A stretch of 64,000 nt of DNA, taken from the NCBI RefSeq assembly GCF_009914755.1, contig NC_060927.1; one strand, given 5' to 3'. Shown in pieces: positions 50,412-62,766 of the stretch; position 1 is the stretch's first letter; each line of letters starts with the position of its first letter. Both the position numbers and the translations under genes were made by a program. The notes below the pieces were generated by a model that saw only the letters and a program-made list of their open reading frames with translations, searched no databases and was not told the origin of the DNA. Source of the DNA: the human T2T-CHM13v2.0 reference genome, Homo sapiens.

Positions 50412-51568
50412 TAGCTCACTCAGCTCAGCCCTCAGCCACACCTTGTGACCGGAAGGCACAAAGGCCTGTCTTTCCTTTGCCAGTACCCTCAGTTTTGTAG
50501 GTCACCACACACCAGAAGCATGTGAGCATAAAACTCTCATGGCCCTCAAGTGCTTGGAAAGGGGAGTAATAAACCTGGCCCGCCTTACAGGTTCTCGTTA
50601 TCTTCCTTTCCAACTGTGGACCGTGTTTCAGTCACTCTCAATTTCACTCGTATGCTCCTGGGGACTTTTGGGGGCTGGGGAAGGGTGACAGTGAGGTGGG
50701 TGGCTATGGAGTAATACCTGTAAAACATATTTCAGAAAGGCTCCATAATTTTTACTTGAAAATTAGGTGATTTTAAATACATAAGAGGAGTTTATCGTTT
50801 AAACCCTTTCTAAGAGCAAGTAACCCCCTTATAGTTTATCCTATATGTGATTTTTCTACATTTGTTTAATTTGTTAAATGAGACACATTTATGGTGAATA
50901 TCTCTTAAATATGCTGATGTGTCTGAAGAAAAAAAGAGGACAGGGAGTAGACTTGGAACCACATGTCTCCCCGGAACCACACATGGGGCCAGGTAATTCA
51001 CATTCAAAATTGTCATTTCACTCTTATCACCCTATAACGTGGGCGTTGCCATTCTCATTTTTTCAGTTGAGGAGACTCAGCCTCAGTGAAGTTGGTCCAC
51101 CTTGCCCAGGTTTATTCACAAATGCTTAGCAAGTCTGACTCTACATCAGGCATAGTGCTCTGGGGATACAAAATCAAGATAGGACAGACAGGTTCCCTGC
51201 CCTCATGGAGCTTAAAGCATAGTGGAAGAGATAGGGAAGAATAAAAAGGAAAGAGTAAGATAAATAAAATGGCTGCAAATTGTGAAAAGTGCCCTGAACA
51301 AACCCACCTAGGGGCTGAGGGAGGGCATAACCCCACAGAGGTTGGCCAGCCAGGCCCTGGCCCCTCTGCACCTGTGCAGACCCAAGGCCCAGCAGGAAGC
51401 TGGAGGTTTGGAAAGACAATATTTTGCCCAGGAGACCGGGCTCCTTCACAGCCCCTTTGTCTCTGCACCAACTCCCCTGGCACTGTGTTCTCTGCCACCC
51501 CACCCCAAGGGAAGAGGATGTGAGGGTGCCCTGGCAGGCTTCTTCCAAAAATCTTCAAAACCAAAACC

Positions 51569-51682
51569 AACCATCCTTGTGGCATGGAGGAAATTTCTTT
51601 TCTTTCTTTATTGTTATTATTATTAAAACCATCCTTGTGGCATGGAGGAAATTTCTTTTTTTATGATTATTATTATTATTTA
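51569..51682 (+). repeat. ~58-bp tandem duplication
   Basis: aaccatccttgtggcatggaggaaatttctttt (33 bp identical) + (TTA)n, twice. Confidence 0.9.
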
Positions 51683-52120
51683 ATAGAGACAAGGCCTCAC
51701 TCTGTTGCCTGGGCTGGTCTCAAGCTCCTGGGCTCAAGCAGTCCTCTTGCCTCAGCCTCCCAAATTGCTGGGATTACAGACATGAGCCACCACACCCAAC
51801 CCAGAATTTTTTTTTTTTATTTTTTTATTTTTTTTTTTGGTGAGACAGAGTCTCTCTCACTCTGTTGTCCAGGCTGGAGTGCAGTGGCACAATCTTGGCT
51901 CACTACAACCTCCACTTACAGCAATTCTCCTGCCTCAGCCTCCCAAGTAGCTGAGATTACAGGCATGTGCTACCATGCCCAGCTAATTTTTGTATTTTTA
52001 GTAGAGATGGAGTTTCACCATGTTGGCCAGGCTGGTTTCAAACTCCTGACCTCAAGTGATCTGCCCACCTCAGCCTCCCAAAGTGCTGGGATTACAGGCA
52101 GGAGCCACCGCACCCAGCCC
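51660..52120 (-). mobile_element. FLAM/Alu left monomer (~51660-51802) and AluS (51806-52120)
   Basis: Antisense Alu consensus. Confidence 0.88.
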
Positions 52121-52639
52121 CAGCCCAGAAATTTATTTAATTTGAGTAATGTTTATGAGAAATAAATAGCTCATGCATCCCTGAGAACTTGTCCTCAGCC
52201 CGGTTGAGAAATGCTAACTTAAGAAAAAGAGAGGGCTTTAGTCTATGAAAATATCTATCTTAAATTACCACTGCAGAAAAGAAATTGAGTTTTGATCGTT
52301 GGTAAAAATAATTTTAGATAATCATTGAAATGCAAACCTAAAATGAAAAGCATGTGTAAGACTCCCTGCAGGTACACCCAGCTTGAGAACCCAGGCTGGG
52401 TCAGCACCGTGCCAGCAGCAAGGACTTCTGTGAAGGCCTGGGTTCTCGCTCCATGTGATCTCACTTTGTGTCCTGGCCAGAAACAGGCTGCAAGCGCAGT
52501 TCGATGTCATTCAGTTCAATTGTGCCCATGTTCTTTGTGCCTATGACATGCTGGGCTCTGCCCACACCAGGGATACAGAGACAAGAGCTACCGCCTTGTC
52601 ACCTTGGAACAAAGGTCTGGGGGCACATGAGCTGTCACA

Positions 52640-53600
52640 CACAGTTTATGTAAGGGCTCGGAAGTCAGGCCATCCTGGGTATAAGTCTCAGTTTTACAAC
52701 ATATTTAACACCTCTAAGCCTCAGTTTCCTGAGTTATAAAATGGAGGCACACACAGTGCCTGCCTTATCCGGCTATTGAGAGAATTAGGTAGGATAATGC
52801 CAGGAAGTGCTTAGCCTGCTTCTGGATGCACTAATGACAAAATCCTCTTAATACAGAGTGAGCGCCGACCCAGGGCCACGCTCTGCCCTAGAACTTCCCA
52901 GGTGTGAGCTTATTTACTAAGCACAGTGGCCCTGTGAGGCAGGCTTGTTGTTATCCCCATTCACAGACAGGCAGATGTGTGACTAACCCTATCTTACAGG
53001 CAAGGAAATGGTGGCAGGATGGAGCTAAATAACTCACTGAAGGTCACACAGCTAGTCCAGAATCTACTCTGAATGGTGACTGCTGCTAGCATCAGCGTTG
53101 CCACTTCTGGCAGTTGGAGAATCAGAAAATACGTTATGAGGAAAAGGACAGGCAGCTTTGGCTTTGAAAGAGGAGCAGCCTCTCCCCAGTGGAGAGAAGG
53201 GTGTCGCAATACCAGGAACAAACATAGGGGGGCAGGCCCACAGAGACCCGGGCTGAGCCAGGGAGGTACTGGAGCAGAGGGCATAGGGCAGTGCTGGAGA
53301 CAAAGCTAAAGGTAGGGAGTGTCCCCTCCTCAGAGGCCAGACACCCCTCAGAGGACAGGGGGCTACCAGGGTGTGTGAGCAGGAGAGAGAGGGGCTGTGT
53401 CAGGTCATCCCGTCTCTACCACTGCCTGGGGTGGAGCCTAGGTGGACAAGTGACTTCACTTCATGTGCCTCAGCTTCCCTATCTGTAAAATGGGATGGGA
53501 TATTCATGCATCGACTCACAGGTTCATACAAGTGAATTGCATAGTTCAATGCTTGGCACAGAGTGAGAGCTCAGCAAATGGAAGCTTGTACTGTTATTAG
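52640..53600. mobile_element. Cluster of MIR/L2 fragments (other MIRs at ~920-1130, 1835-2050, 26820-26990, 28840-28990, 31690-31880, 58070-58290, 63390-63720)
   Basis: MIR core motifs such as cctcagtttcct...taaaatgg, ttatccccattcacaga and tttacagatgaggaaac. Confidence 0.7.
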
Positions 53601-55185
53601 CCATCGCAAGGCTACCCTCATGATGGGGACAGGTGATGGATTCGAGTGGGAGGAACACCTGTGGCCTGGGCCCTGTCCGGCAGGTGTCAGAAAAGTCCAG
53701 GAGAGTCATGCTTAGGCCTTCTCCAAAGATGGAGGTGCAAGAGCCCCACAGCATAGCAGCCTCTTTTTGAAGTGATGTCAATGTGCTTCTTCCTCTTTGG
53801 GCCCTTGAAGCTCAGGCTCAGTGTTGAGTCCCAACCTGACTTCTCTGCCCATCTCATTGGCGCTTTATGCCAGAGACAGGGGGAGCATGATTGGCACCTA
53901 CTCACCCTGAAGGGACTGCCTTGGTAAGGCAACTCAGGGGAGGCCTGGGGAGCCAGAACCGTGTGAGGGTGCCCGAGGCAGCAAGGGAAAGACTCAGAGC
54001 ACGATGGCCACATTCAGAGATCACATGCCCTGCCCCCAAAGCCCCAGCTGTGGACAAGAATGACTCAGGTCCCTTGGACAGGCTGTCACCAGTGATGACT
54101 TAGGACCAGCCTGCCCGGCTCCAGCAAAGCACAGGAAGCTCGAAGGTTTAGAAATGGGTCATTGTTGTGCTGAGGCCATGCGTCAAAGAGGACATCCCAC
54201 AGCCAGCTCCTTCTATCCTGGCCAGCACTCTTGACAAAGGCAGAGGGAGTGCAGCTTAGTGAGCTGGTCCCTTTACACAGGTTATTCACTCCAGAATCTG
54301 GAGAATTCTGTCCTTAAGGAAAAAAAAAAAAAAAACTAAGCTCAAGATCCCACAGCTTGTAAGACCAGGCCTAAGAGTCAAACCTGAATCTCCCCACATG
54401 AGAGCACCATGCTCCCCCTCACCCAGCACCCCCTCTGTAGGTGGTGGCCCAGAGGAGATGTTGCCCTGGGCTGCTCTTCCATAGGAGGAAAGACATGATT
54501 CACTAATAACTGCATGTCCTGAGAATTCCCTGTTGGGGACCCCAGGACTTCACTAGGGGCATGGCTCTTGGGTGACAGTTGGGAGGTCTCTTCCAGGGTC
54601 TCAGTCCAGCCAAGCATGTGGCCTTGCAAGAAGGCAGCTTCTAATGGCTCAGAAACACCAGGGCAGGGGGGCCACAGTCCTTCACACCACACACTTAGTT
54701 CCCCAGCTTCAGAACGCTTTAAAACGCTGCAGCATGGAGCCTCACGCTTTCAAAACAGTATTTCATAATATGCCAGGACTTTGTGTTTTATTCGTCCTCT
54801 CCCTGTGACCTAGGCTAATGCAGACAATAAAAATGCCACCAAGTTCTGCGAAACTGAAAAAATGAAGTGGGTGATTAGGGGACATTTGATAATGTGCTTT
54901 GGTTGAAACTTGAGAAATTATTCCTAGTAACTTTTCCTAAGACTGTGACTATATTTTCCAAGTGAAAAATAAGAGCTAGTGAAAGTAATGTGTGTGTAGA
55001 TTTCGGAACAATGGGATTGAGGATTTGGAAGCATGACTTCAGAAACTGAGCCACGTGGTCACCTTCCCTCATTGAATCAATATTCGGTGAATACCCACCT
55101 GTGTCTGGAACTGTACTGACCCATGTTAAGCGAGAAAGAGTGATTAATGTGACAAGATGTGGCTCCAATTTCTAAGTCCTCACAC

Positions 55186-55206
55186 TAGAGCGCCCCCTTC
55201 TGGAGC
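55186..55206 (-). promoter_or_regulatory. Probable CTCF-binding motif (reverse orientation)
   Basis: Minus strand GCTCCAGAAGGGGGCGCTC matches the core CCAsyAGrkGGCrsy consensus. Confidence 0.6.
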
Positions 55207-55607
55207 CAGTCAGCAGAGAGAGAAGTTTGACTGTGTCCCCCTTGAAACCGTCAACTGTTTGGTCCACTTGAGACCTAGGTAAAATCTGAGGGGACAGCTC
55301 ACTCTAACCTGGATCTGAACTTAAACTTGAGCCCCGATGACAGAATAATCCCTTTCTGCCTGGAAATGGCCCAAGCCATCTCATGCTGAGGCTTTTTGAC
55401 ATAATCTCTACCACAGCTGTGTATGGGAGCAGTGCTCAGAAAATGCAAGGCGGTCCTCACTCCACGTACGGGCACTCACATGCAGTCTCAGTGTCGGTCT
55501 CTTTCTGCAGGTCTAGGCATTAATCCTATTCAGCTGGTTGCATTTTACCCTTATGGGAAGCAGAGTGCTGACTTCCTCCTTTCTCCACCTCTATTCCTTT
55601 CCCCTAA

Positions 55608-55889
<282 letters not shown>

Positions 55890-57197
55890 CAGCCAGGAGG
55901 CTGCAGCTACCACGAGGGCCTCTGAGGAACCTCCTTCCAGGCCTGGGATGAGGGGGCGATGTCTGCTGGCCCAGGGGAAGGGAAAAGACAAATGTCTTGA
56001 CTGTTGACCTCGGTCCTGTGGCAGACTGCAGTCAACAGTGTGCCTCTGTAGTGTGGCCTGGTGCTGGGGTGAAGGTGAGCTGGGCAAAGGAGAAATATGA
56101 GCTACTGAGGAGGGGGTTGGACATCCTGCCCCTCACCCCCCACCCACACTGCAGGTAGAGGAGGCCATCTGATCCCATGGGAAGCCATCAGAGACACTGC
56201 TGGTGGGAGCAGGAAGGAGCAGTGCCCCTCGAGCAGCCAGGAAGCCTGCGGATCTGGGAAATGGCTCTGCCTTAGGCGCTTCTCGGGAATTTGAGGCCAG
56301 CCTGAGGAACTGCAGGACTCAGGTGCAATGTGCCAGCCACTTGGAACTGCTAACTGAGCCTCCAGATGGTAGTGAATGGTCTCTTTGCCTTCAGGCTGGA
56401 TGAGGAAGTCATTTAGGAAATGTTCAAATAACCAATATGTGGAAATGGACACAGGGATCTTCTGAAGTTGCTTTGAATCAAAAGGCAGGCAGTGCTGGTT
56501 CCTCTGCCTGTGTCCCCACCACTCCCCAGCTCTGTCATGCAGGCCTGTCCTCCCCAACCCCAGCTGGACGTGCCTCCCAGGCCTGCTGTGGTTCTGACAC
56601 ACAGGATCCCAGGCAAGGCACCACTTCCTCACATGAATGAGGAGCAGCAAGTCATAACCACTCCCTTGGGTATACAATTTGCTGTGTAGTGAAGTGGAAC
56701 CAGGCTCAGGCTGCTGGTCCCAACCTCAGAGCCCCACCGCAGCCCAGTAGGGATGCAGCACGCCCCAGAGGGCTCATGTGGGCCCCAGATGGCAATGCCA
56801 CCATTGTTGATGTGACTCCAGAGCCAGTTATTAGGAAGAGCAAGCTCACCACAGAGGAGTGGAACTGAGGCCCCCCAGATGTTGCCTCCGGTGTCCAAGC
56901 CACAGCGGTCTGGCTGTTGGGAAGATGGCCAGGAATGGACTCATACCATTGGCACATTAGGCTAATCCTGGTTTTATGTGAAGTCAGCAATTAAGTGTTC
57001 CCACTAGAACTGACCTAAGCCACTGATTAATATTTAATGAGGGAAGGTAGGGGAGAATCTAGCCATTTTATAATGCCAGAAATCTATATATGTTATCTGA
57101 TGCCATTTTTCTGAAGTAGCCTCACATGTGGTCCCCCTGCAGTTCAGCAGTTAACAGATGACTTTTTTAGTGTAATAAAATGTTTATCATCTATGAC
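55890..57197 (+). other. LARS2: LARS2 3'UTR (~1.3 kb; 3' end approximate)
   Basis: Alu-free stretch from the stop codon to just past the AATAAA at 57174. The cleavage site is inferred ~15-20 nt after the signal. Confidence 0.8.
57171..57179 (+). terminator. Polyadenylation signal AATAAA (57174-57179) with overlapping UGUA (CFIm) motif
   Basis: acttttttagTGTAATAAAatgtttatc: U-rich upstream element and a TG-rich stretch downstream. Confidence 0.85.
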
Positions 57198-59560
57198 TTC
57201 AGGACATATGTGTGATCCTGGAATACACCATATTCCAATTTCAGAGTTAATTACAAACAGATTGAGGTATTCCATCATCATCGGAAGCATTGGCTGTGTG
57301 TCTGACTCCACATGGAATGCTATAAAGTGGGATACATGTGGTTCTTCTTGTTCCAGAACTTACAGTCCATGGTAGACAACACTGATACAGGCAAACTAGC
57401 AACAGCAATTAAGTCACTGGTTCTCAGACTTAATACTCTGCCTGGTCCTCATGCCCAGATATTCCAATTTAATTGGTCCATGGTGTGGCTTGAACACCAG
57501 GAATCTTTAAAACTCCACAAGTGATTCTAATGGGCAGCAAAGTTTGAGAATCACTGGACACATTGATGCACTTGAGCCATCATTTCTATCTAGTTCTTCC
57601 TCTTCCTAATCTTCAGGTTAGCGGGGATAAGTTTGGTCCAGGACCAAGAGTTGGACCAAAAGGGAAGACAGGGGCCAGAAGTCTAGAGTGCTAGAGCCGA
57701 CTTGAATGTACTCAGTCTCATTGCACATGGCAGTGAATATGGATTAAATATAAGCCCATGAAAATATTTGGTACAAGGAAGGAGTGAGTGATTTTGATTA
57801 TCTTGTTATTTCCTAGTAAGCTAAGTGGTCTTGAACAAGATGAGGGAAGGGAGCCCTTTATTTGCATGTGATCTGACCAGAGCAATGGGCCAGTAAAGCC
57901 TCAAGGCTGCTAGACTGACCAGCTGGCTGACACCAGCATGGCTCTGAAGAAATTGCTCCAAGAGGATAAAGCTTTTGCAAACAAGAGCTCATCAGTACAT
58001 ACTAAGAGACAGTATGGGTAATGGAACAACTGGACAGAAAACTCTGACCCCTGGGAGTGAGGTGGTGGGGAATAATCTCAGCCATTTATTGACTGTCTTG
58101 TTGAGGTCAGAAACTGGACTCAGCAGGTTCACAATAATTATCTTATTTAATTCCCACAAAAACTCTAGAGGGAAGGAATTATTCTCTCATAAAAGAAGAA
58201 ACCCAGGCTCTGAGGTTCAATAATTGTCTCAGTTTTCACAGCTAATAAGTAGGAGAACTGGGATCCAAGCCCACATCTTCTGTCCTCCACGTTTGCCTCC
58301 CCGCCATGTCTACCAGTCCCCTCACCTAATTGTCCATGTTGCTTGGTGTACACAGTCAGGTGAGATGGCTCCCAAAACCACTGGCATTTTGAGCAGAGTG
58401 TGGCTGGGGTTTCCCTCCTGGAAAGCCTGTAAACCTGGGAAATCACAGAGGTGGTGTCCTCTCTGCAGGGGCAGTGGTGGGTGAGAGGCCAAGAGCATGT
58501 GGTTAGTTCCAGAGAGCTGGGAAAGGTCATCCAGCAAGTGGAAGACGTAGACTCGTGGGCGGGTATCAGGGTTATTTCTATTGGGGCAATAAGAGAACAG
58601 AGTTTGTGCCCAGGGAAAGTGGTGCTCCATGGCAAATGCTACCACAATAGGAGCCAGCTGTCTGCCTAAGAAAATTGATCTCTAAGACCCTAAAACAATT
58701 AGTAAGCTGGGAAACAGCACAGGCATATTTCATCCCAGCCTAAATGCACACCTTCAGGGGATTGGCTAAGAAAAGCAGGGTACATCCAGTCAATGGAAGG
58801 CGAGGCAGCCAGCAACAGATGGTTTTTCAAAAACATGTAGCTTGGAAATTTTCTCATGAATGAAGGAAGATACATGCACAATGCAATCCTGACCATTTTT
58901 TTTCAACGCTTACAAAGAAAATTGAGAGCAGGAAATTTGCTTGCATATCATAGGCTGAGACTCCTACAAGTCATTTTTTTCCTTCTGTCTACTTTTTTGC
59001 ATTTTCTCATTTTTATTGGCCATGAAGTATTTCAGTAATACTTCATGAGGCAAAACATCAAAATGTACAATTTTGTGAAGCTCTAAATGAGCTAAAAACC
59101 TGTTTCCCTTGATTTTTCTTTTCTTCTCCCAGGCAGGATATCTAGCTGCCTGTGAGGATGTATCCTAGCTAGGAAAACATGCTCCTTTCCTTGTATGAAG
59201 TGGAATCCAAAGAAACAAAAAGCAGCCCCCATGAAGTTCCTGCTCACGGAGTTGCTCAGTCTGGGCAGGTGTGGGGAGCTCCCTTTCTTGTATCTCAGTC
59301 TTAGGCTCTTGCAACCTTGCAACAGAAGAACGGAAGGCAACGTTCCCCTAATGGAACTCTCCTGCTCACTTGCTGTCAGATTCAAGGTTGTGGATAAGAC
59401 CGAAAAAGGAGGCATTATCACCTCCTTTTGCAGATAACGAAACTTGAGACCATGACAGTAAGTGATGATGTATCTTGACCCCCAATCTGTGCTCATTCCA
59501 CTTAGAGCACCCCCTCCCCGTACTACCATCAGGCAAAGTGTAGTGCAGGAGGTAAACTTT

Positions 59561-59743
59561 CTTTCTTTCTTTTTTTTTTTTTTTTTTTTTTGAGACAGCG
59601 TCTCACTTCATCACCCAGGCTGGAGTGCAGCGGTGCAGTCTAAGCTCACTGCAACCTCTGCCTCTGGGGTTCAAGTGATTCTCGTGCCTTAGCCACCTGA
59701 GTAGTTGGGATTACAGGCATGGACCACCACACCCAGCTAATTT
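59561..59743 (-). mobile_element. 5'-truncated Alu (right monomer only)
   Basis: Perfect 17-bp TSD aggaggtaaactttctt. Confidence 0.9.
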
Positions 59744-61374
59744 AGGAGGTAAACTTTCTTAACTGGCGGGCCCAGCTGGACTGTATAAGTCAAGGAAAGG
59801 CAGAGGGGTAGATAAAAAGGAGAGTTTTCCCTCGTCTTTCTTCCTGTGAGAAGAGCAAGCAGAAAACAGCTGTTTCGTGGGCTGGGTCCCTGCCTGACAC
59901 TCAGAGCGTGGGTGGCTAAAGGCTCTCATCCAAGCTGATGAGCTTGGAGAAAGGAATCTAGGGTGACCAACAACGAGCAAGTAGGGAAATCCCCCGAGGG
60001 CGGGTGGGTGGTTGGTGATGGTGCTGGTAGGGAGGGGAGAGCCTGGAGCAGCCAGGGAAAGGCCAGTCCTGTAGGCAGAGGCCTCAGATCCAAGGGTGGG
60101 CCCAATGACCTCACTCCAGGCCTCCAGTGCCCTCCCTCAGCCTGTCCACATGAGGGGCTGGAGGCAGCTGTGCAGAGATAATGAGGCCCTGGAGGGGAGG
60201 TGGTGACCAGGACTGCTGGAACCCAATGCCCCATGACTCATCTCCCTGTGCCTTAAGCCCTGAACTTGAATTTCAGTTCTTATTCAGCCTCTGGAAGAGC
60301 ACACCTAAGACAGACACCCTGTATACAGGGGCCATGGGCTGCAATCTCCCGACATTACAACAATAATATCTATCATTTCTGAGGACTAATTATGGGCCAG
60401 GCCCTGTTCTAAGTGCTTTGCCACATAAGGAGCCTTGCCCAAGACCACACACAAGAAGGTGGCAGAGCCGTGATCCCACTCTGCTCCACCTCGCTGGTTC
60501 CCAAAGACCTTTATGCAAACCAGCCCTTGAACCTCCTGAATTTTCCCAGATGGTCCTTATTTATAGCTTTCTCTCCAGTTGTTCCCCAAATGCCCTAGAG
60601 CCTGCCAAAACCACACTTCCTCATGTGTATCTGTGAACGTTGGCTCGCTGTGGGCACACACCTGGTTGAATGCATCCCTGAAGTTCTGAGGCACCCAATT
60701 CAGCATGTGGGGTCGGCTCTCTCTCAGCCTGGGACTGACGGCTCCCAGGGAGCCATCACCCCTGGCAGACAGAGCCTCCTTTGGACACCATCCCTGGGAC
60801 CTAGAAGCCAGGAAGCCATCCTTGCTCAACTCCACCTACTGTGAGGAAAATCCCATGGCAGAGGGGAGAGGGGAGACCTGTTCTAGACCTCCCCGATGAT
60901 AAGCACTCCTTGGCATCTCAGCAGCCCCATCTGTGTCTTCCGCAGATCATCTTTTCCACAAACAATAGAAGAGCCCCATCTGGGATTAATTGAGGAGGGT
61001 TCAGCCCTGGTCCCATCCAAGGGAGGCCTCACCTACCACATCTGCTGCTGCATACTCATGGCTGCCTTCAGAACTCAGAGGAGAACTAGATCTTAGGGGA
61101 GGGGTTCCCCTTCCTCAGGCACTGTCGCGGGGGTGTAGAAAGGAATAATGTGTCCTTTACACTGTGAGATCCATAGAGGAAGCAGGCACCCAAAGATTGA
61201 TGCCATTCATTGGGTCTGGTTTGTCAATCATCAAGGCCAGACTGGGCCAGAGGGGCTTTGTCAGGTGGACTCAGAGAGAGACTCACTTGTCAGTGCACAA
61301 GAGGGCAGCCACTGCACAGACATAGGCTGAGAGCTGCGAAGAGGGAACCTAAAGCAAGTGTCGCCAGATATCCC

Positions 61375-61600
61375 CATTATTAGTTATCAGCTAACTCTTA
61401 GTTTTCAGTTAACATCATAGTTTCCAGGAAATATTTTAGTTTTCTATTAATATTTTAATTAACTACTAGCATCAGAGTCATCAGCAAATATCTAAGTCAT
61501 CAGTAAACATCTTAGGTGTCAGTTTCCTCTGAGTGAATGTAGTAGACCTCTTAGTCATCATTTACTTCATTATTACCAGTTATGCACTAATAATTAGTGG
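61375..61600 (+). repeat. Degenerate ~19-bp minisatellite (consensus ~YATCTTAGTYATCAGYWAA)
   Basis: About ten diverged units, e.g. catcagagtcatcagcaaa / tatctaagtcatcagtaaa / catcttaggtgtcagtttc. Confidence 0.7.
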
Positions 61601-61659
61601 TCTGCTAATATCTCGTCTACCAATCATCTTCAGCAATAAACATGCTTTAATTATCAGCT

Positions 61660-62085
61660 GATAATTAATGTAGCCATAACAAATAAACCCCCAAATGTCA
61701 GTGGTCTGACCCAGCAAACTTTATTTCTCTTTCCCATGAGTCTAATCCTCTAGAGAAGGGAACAGGGGAGGAGGTTCTGTTCCGTTCAGTTCCAGCTTGA
61801 CGGAGGGTTCGTGCAGACTACACAGTCTTCAGCTCTTGGCTTTCATGGTTGCCCCTGACATCAAATCCAGCCCGCAGATAAGGGGGAGAGAGGTGGAGTG
61901 TCACAGTGGCTTTGGCCAGGTCTGGAAACAGTGTACATCACTTCTGCCCACTTCCTCTTGGCCAGAATTCAGTCACGTGCCTCAGCCAATTGCTAGGGGC
62001 TGGGTAGCCACTTCCCAGCAGCAACTCTGCAGGAGGGAAGGGGGGCCTGATCTTGGAGGGCAGCTGGCTGCCTCTGCCACATGGA
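61660..62085. mobile_element. MLT1-type MaLR solo LTR
   Basis: ataacaaataaacccccaaatgtcagtggtctgacccagcaaactttatttctct...cacttctgcccacttcctcttggccagaattcagtcacgtg...gctggctgcctctgccaca. Confidence 0.7.
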
Positions 62086-62635
62086 CAATCTTTGTTTTCG
62101 AATTGTTGCTTGTCAGTGTACACCTAAGTTACCTTCTAAGTATCTCAGGTGTCTGCTAACCACCTTGTTTTGCAGCTACTCCTGAGTCACAGCTGTTTGG
62201 CTTCTAAATCTGTGACAGCTGCTGTGAGTCTAAAATAGCAGAGCAATCACAGACTCTTGTTGCCTGCCAAACTGGGATGGTGCCTGCCCCTTGCTCGAGA
62301 CTTTGCATGGAGATGTGTGAAGTCACGGACGTGCTTTGTGCCATTTTATAAAATACCGGGTTTACTCCGAGGGTTTGTTTATTGGTCCCCAATTCTCCCC
62401 ACCTTCCTTCTTCTGTGAGGCTAACACATTGGTTTGTGAGACAGTTTGGAGTATTTTGTTTTAGGGGGTGTCAGGACATTTTGAAAGGTAGAGAAAGTCA
62501 GGCTTCCCAGATGCCCTGCAGGAAACCTGGGAAATTCTCCAGATTCCTGCTCCTAAAAGGTCATGGCTGCTCATTCAGGGTGGAAATGTGACACTTCCCC
62601 AGAAGCCTCACTGTGCTCTGGTCTAGGAGACTCAC

Positions 62636-62766
62636 ACCTCACCCCAACACACACACACACCCCACCCCACCCCCCCCACACACTACATACACCATACACC
62701 ACCTACACCACACCACACACATGCACACGTATACACCACATACCACACATTCATACACACCACACA
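62636..62766 (+). repeat. (CA)/(CCA)-rich low-complexity tract
   Basis: Read directly from the sequence. Confidence 0.85.
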
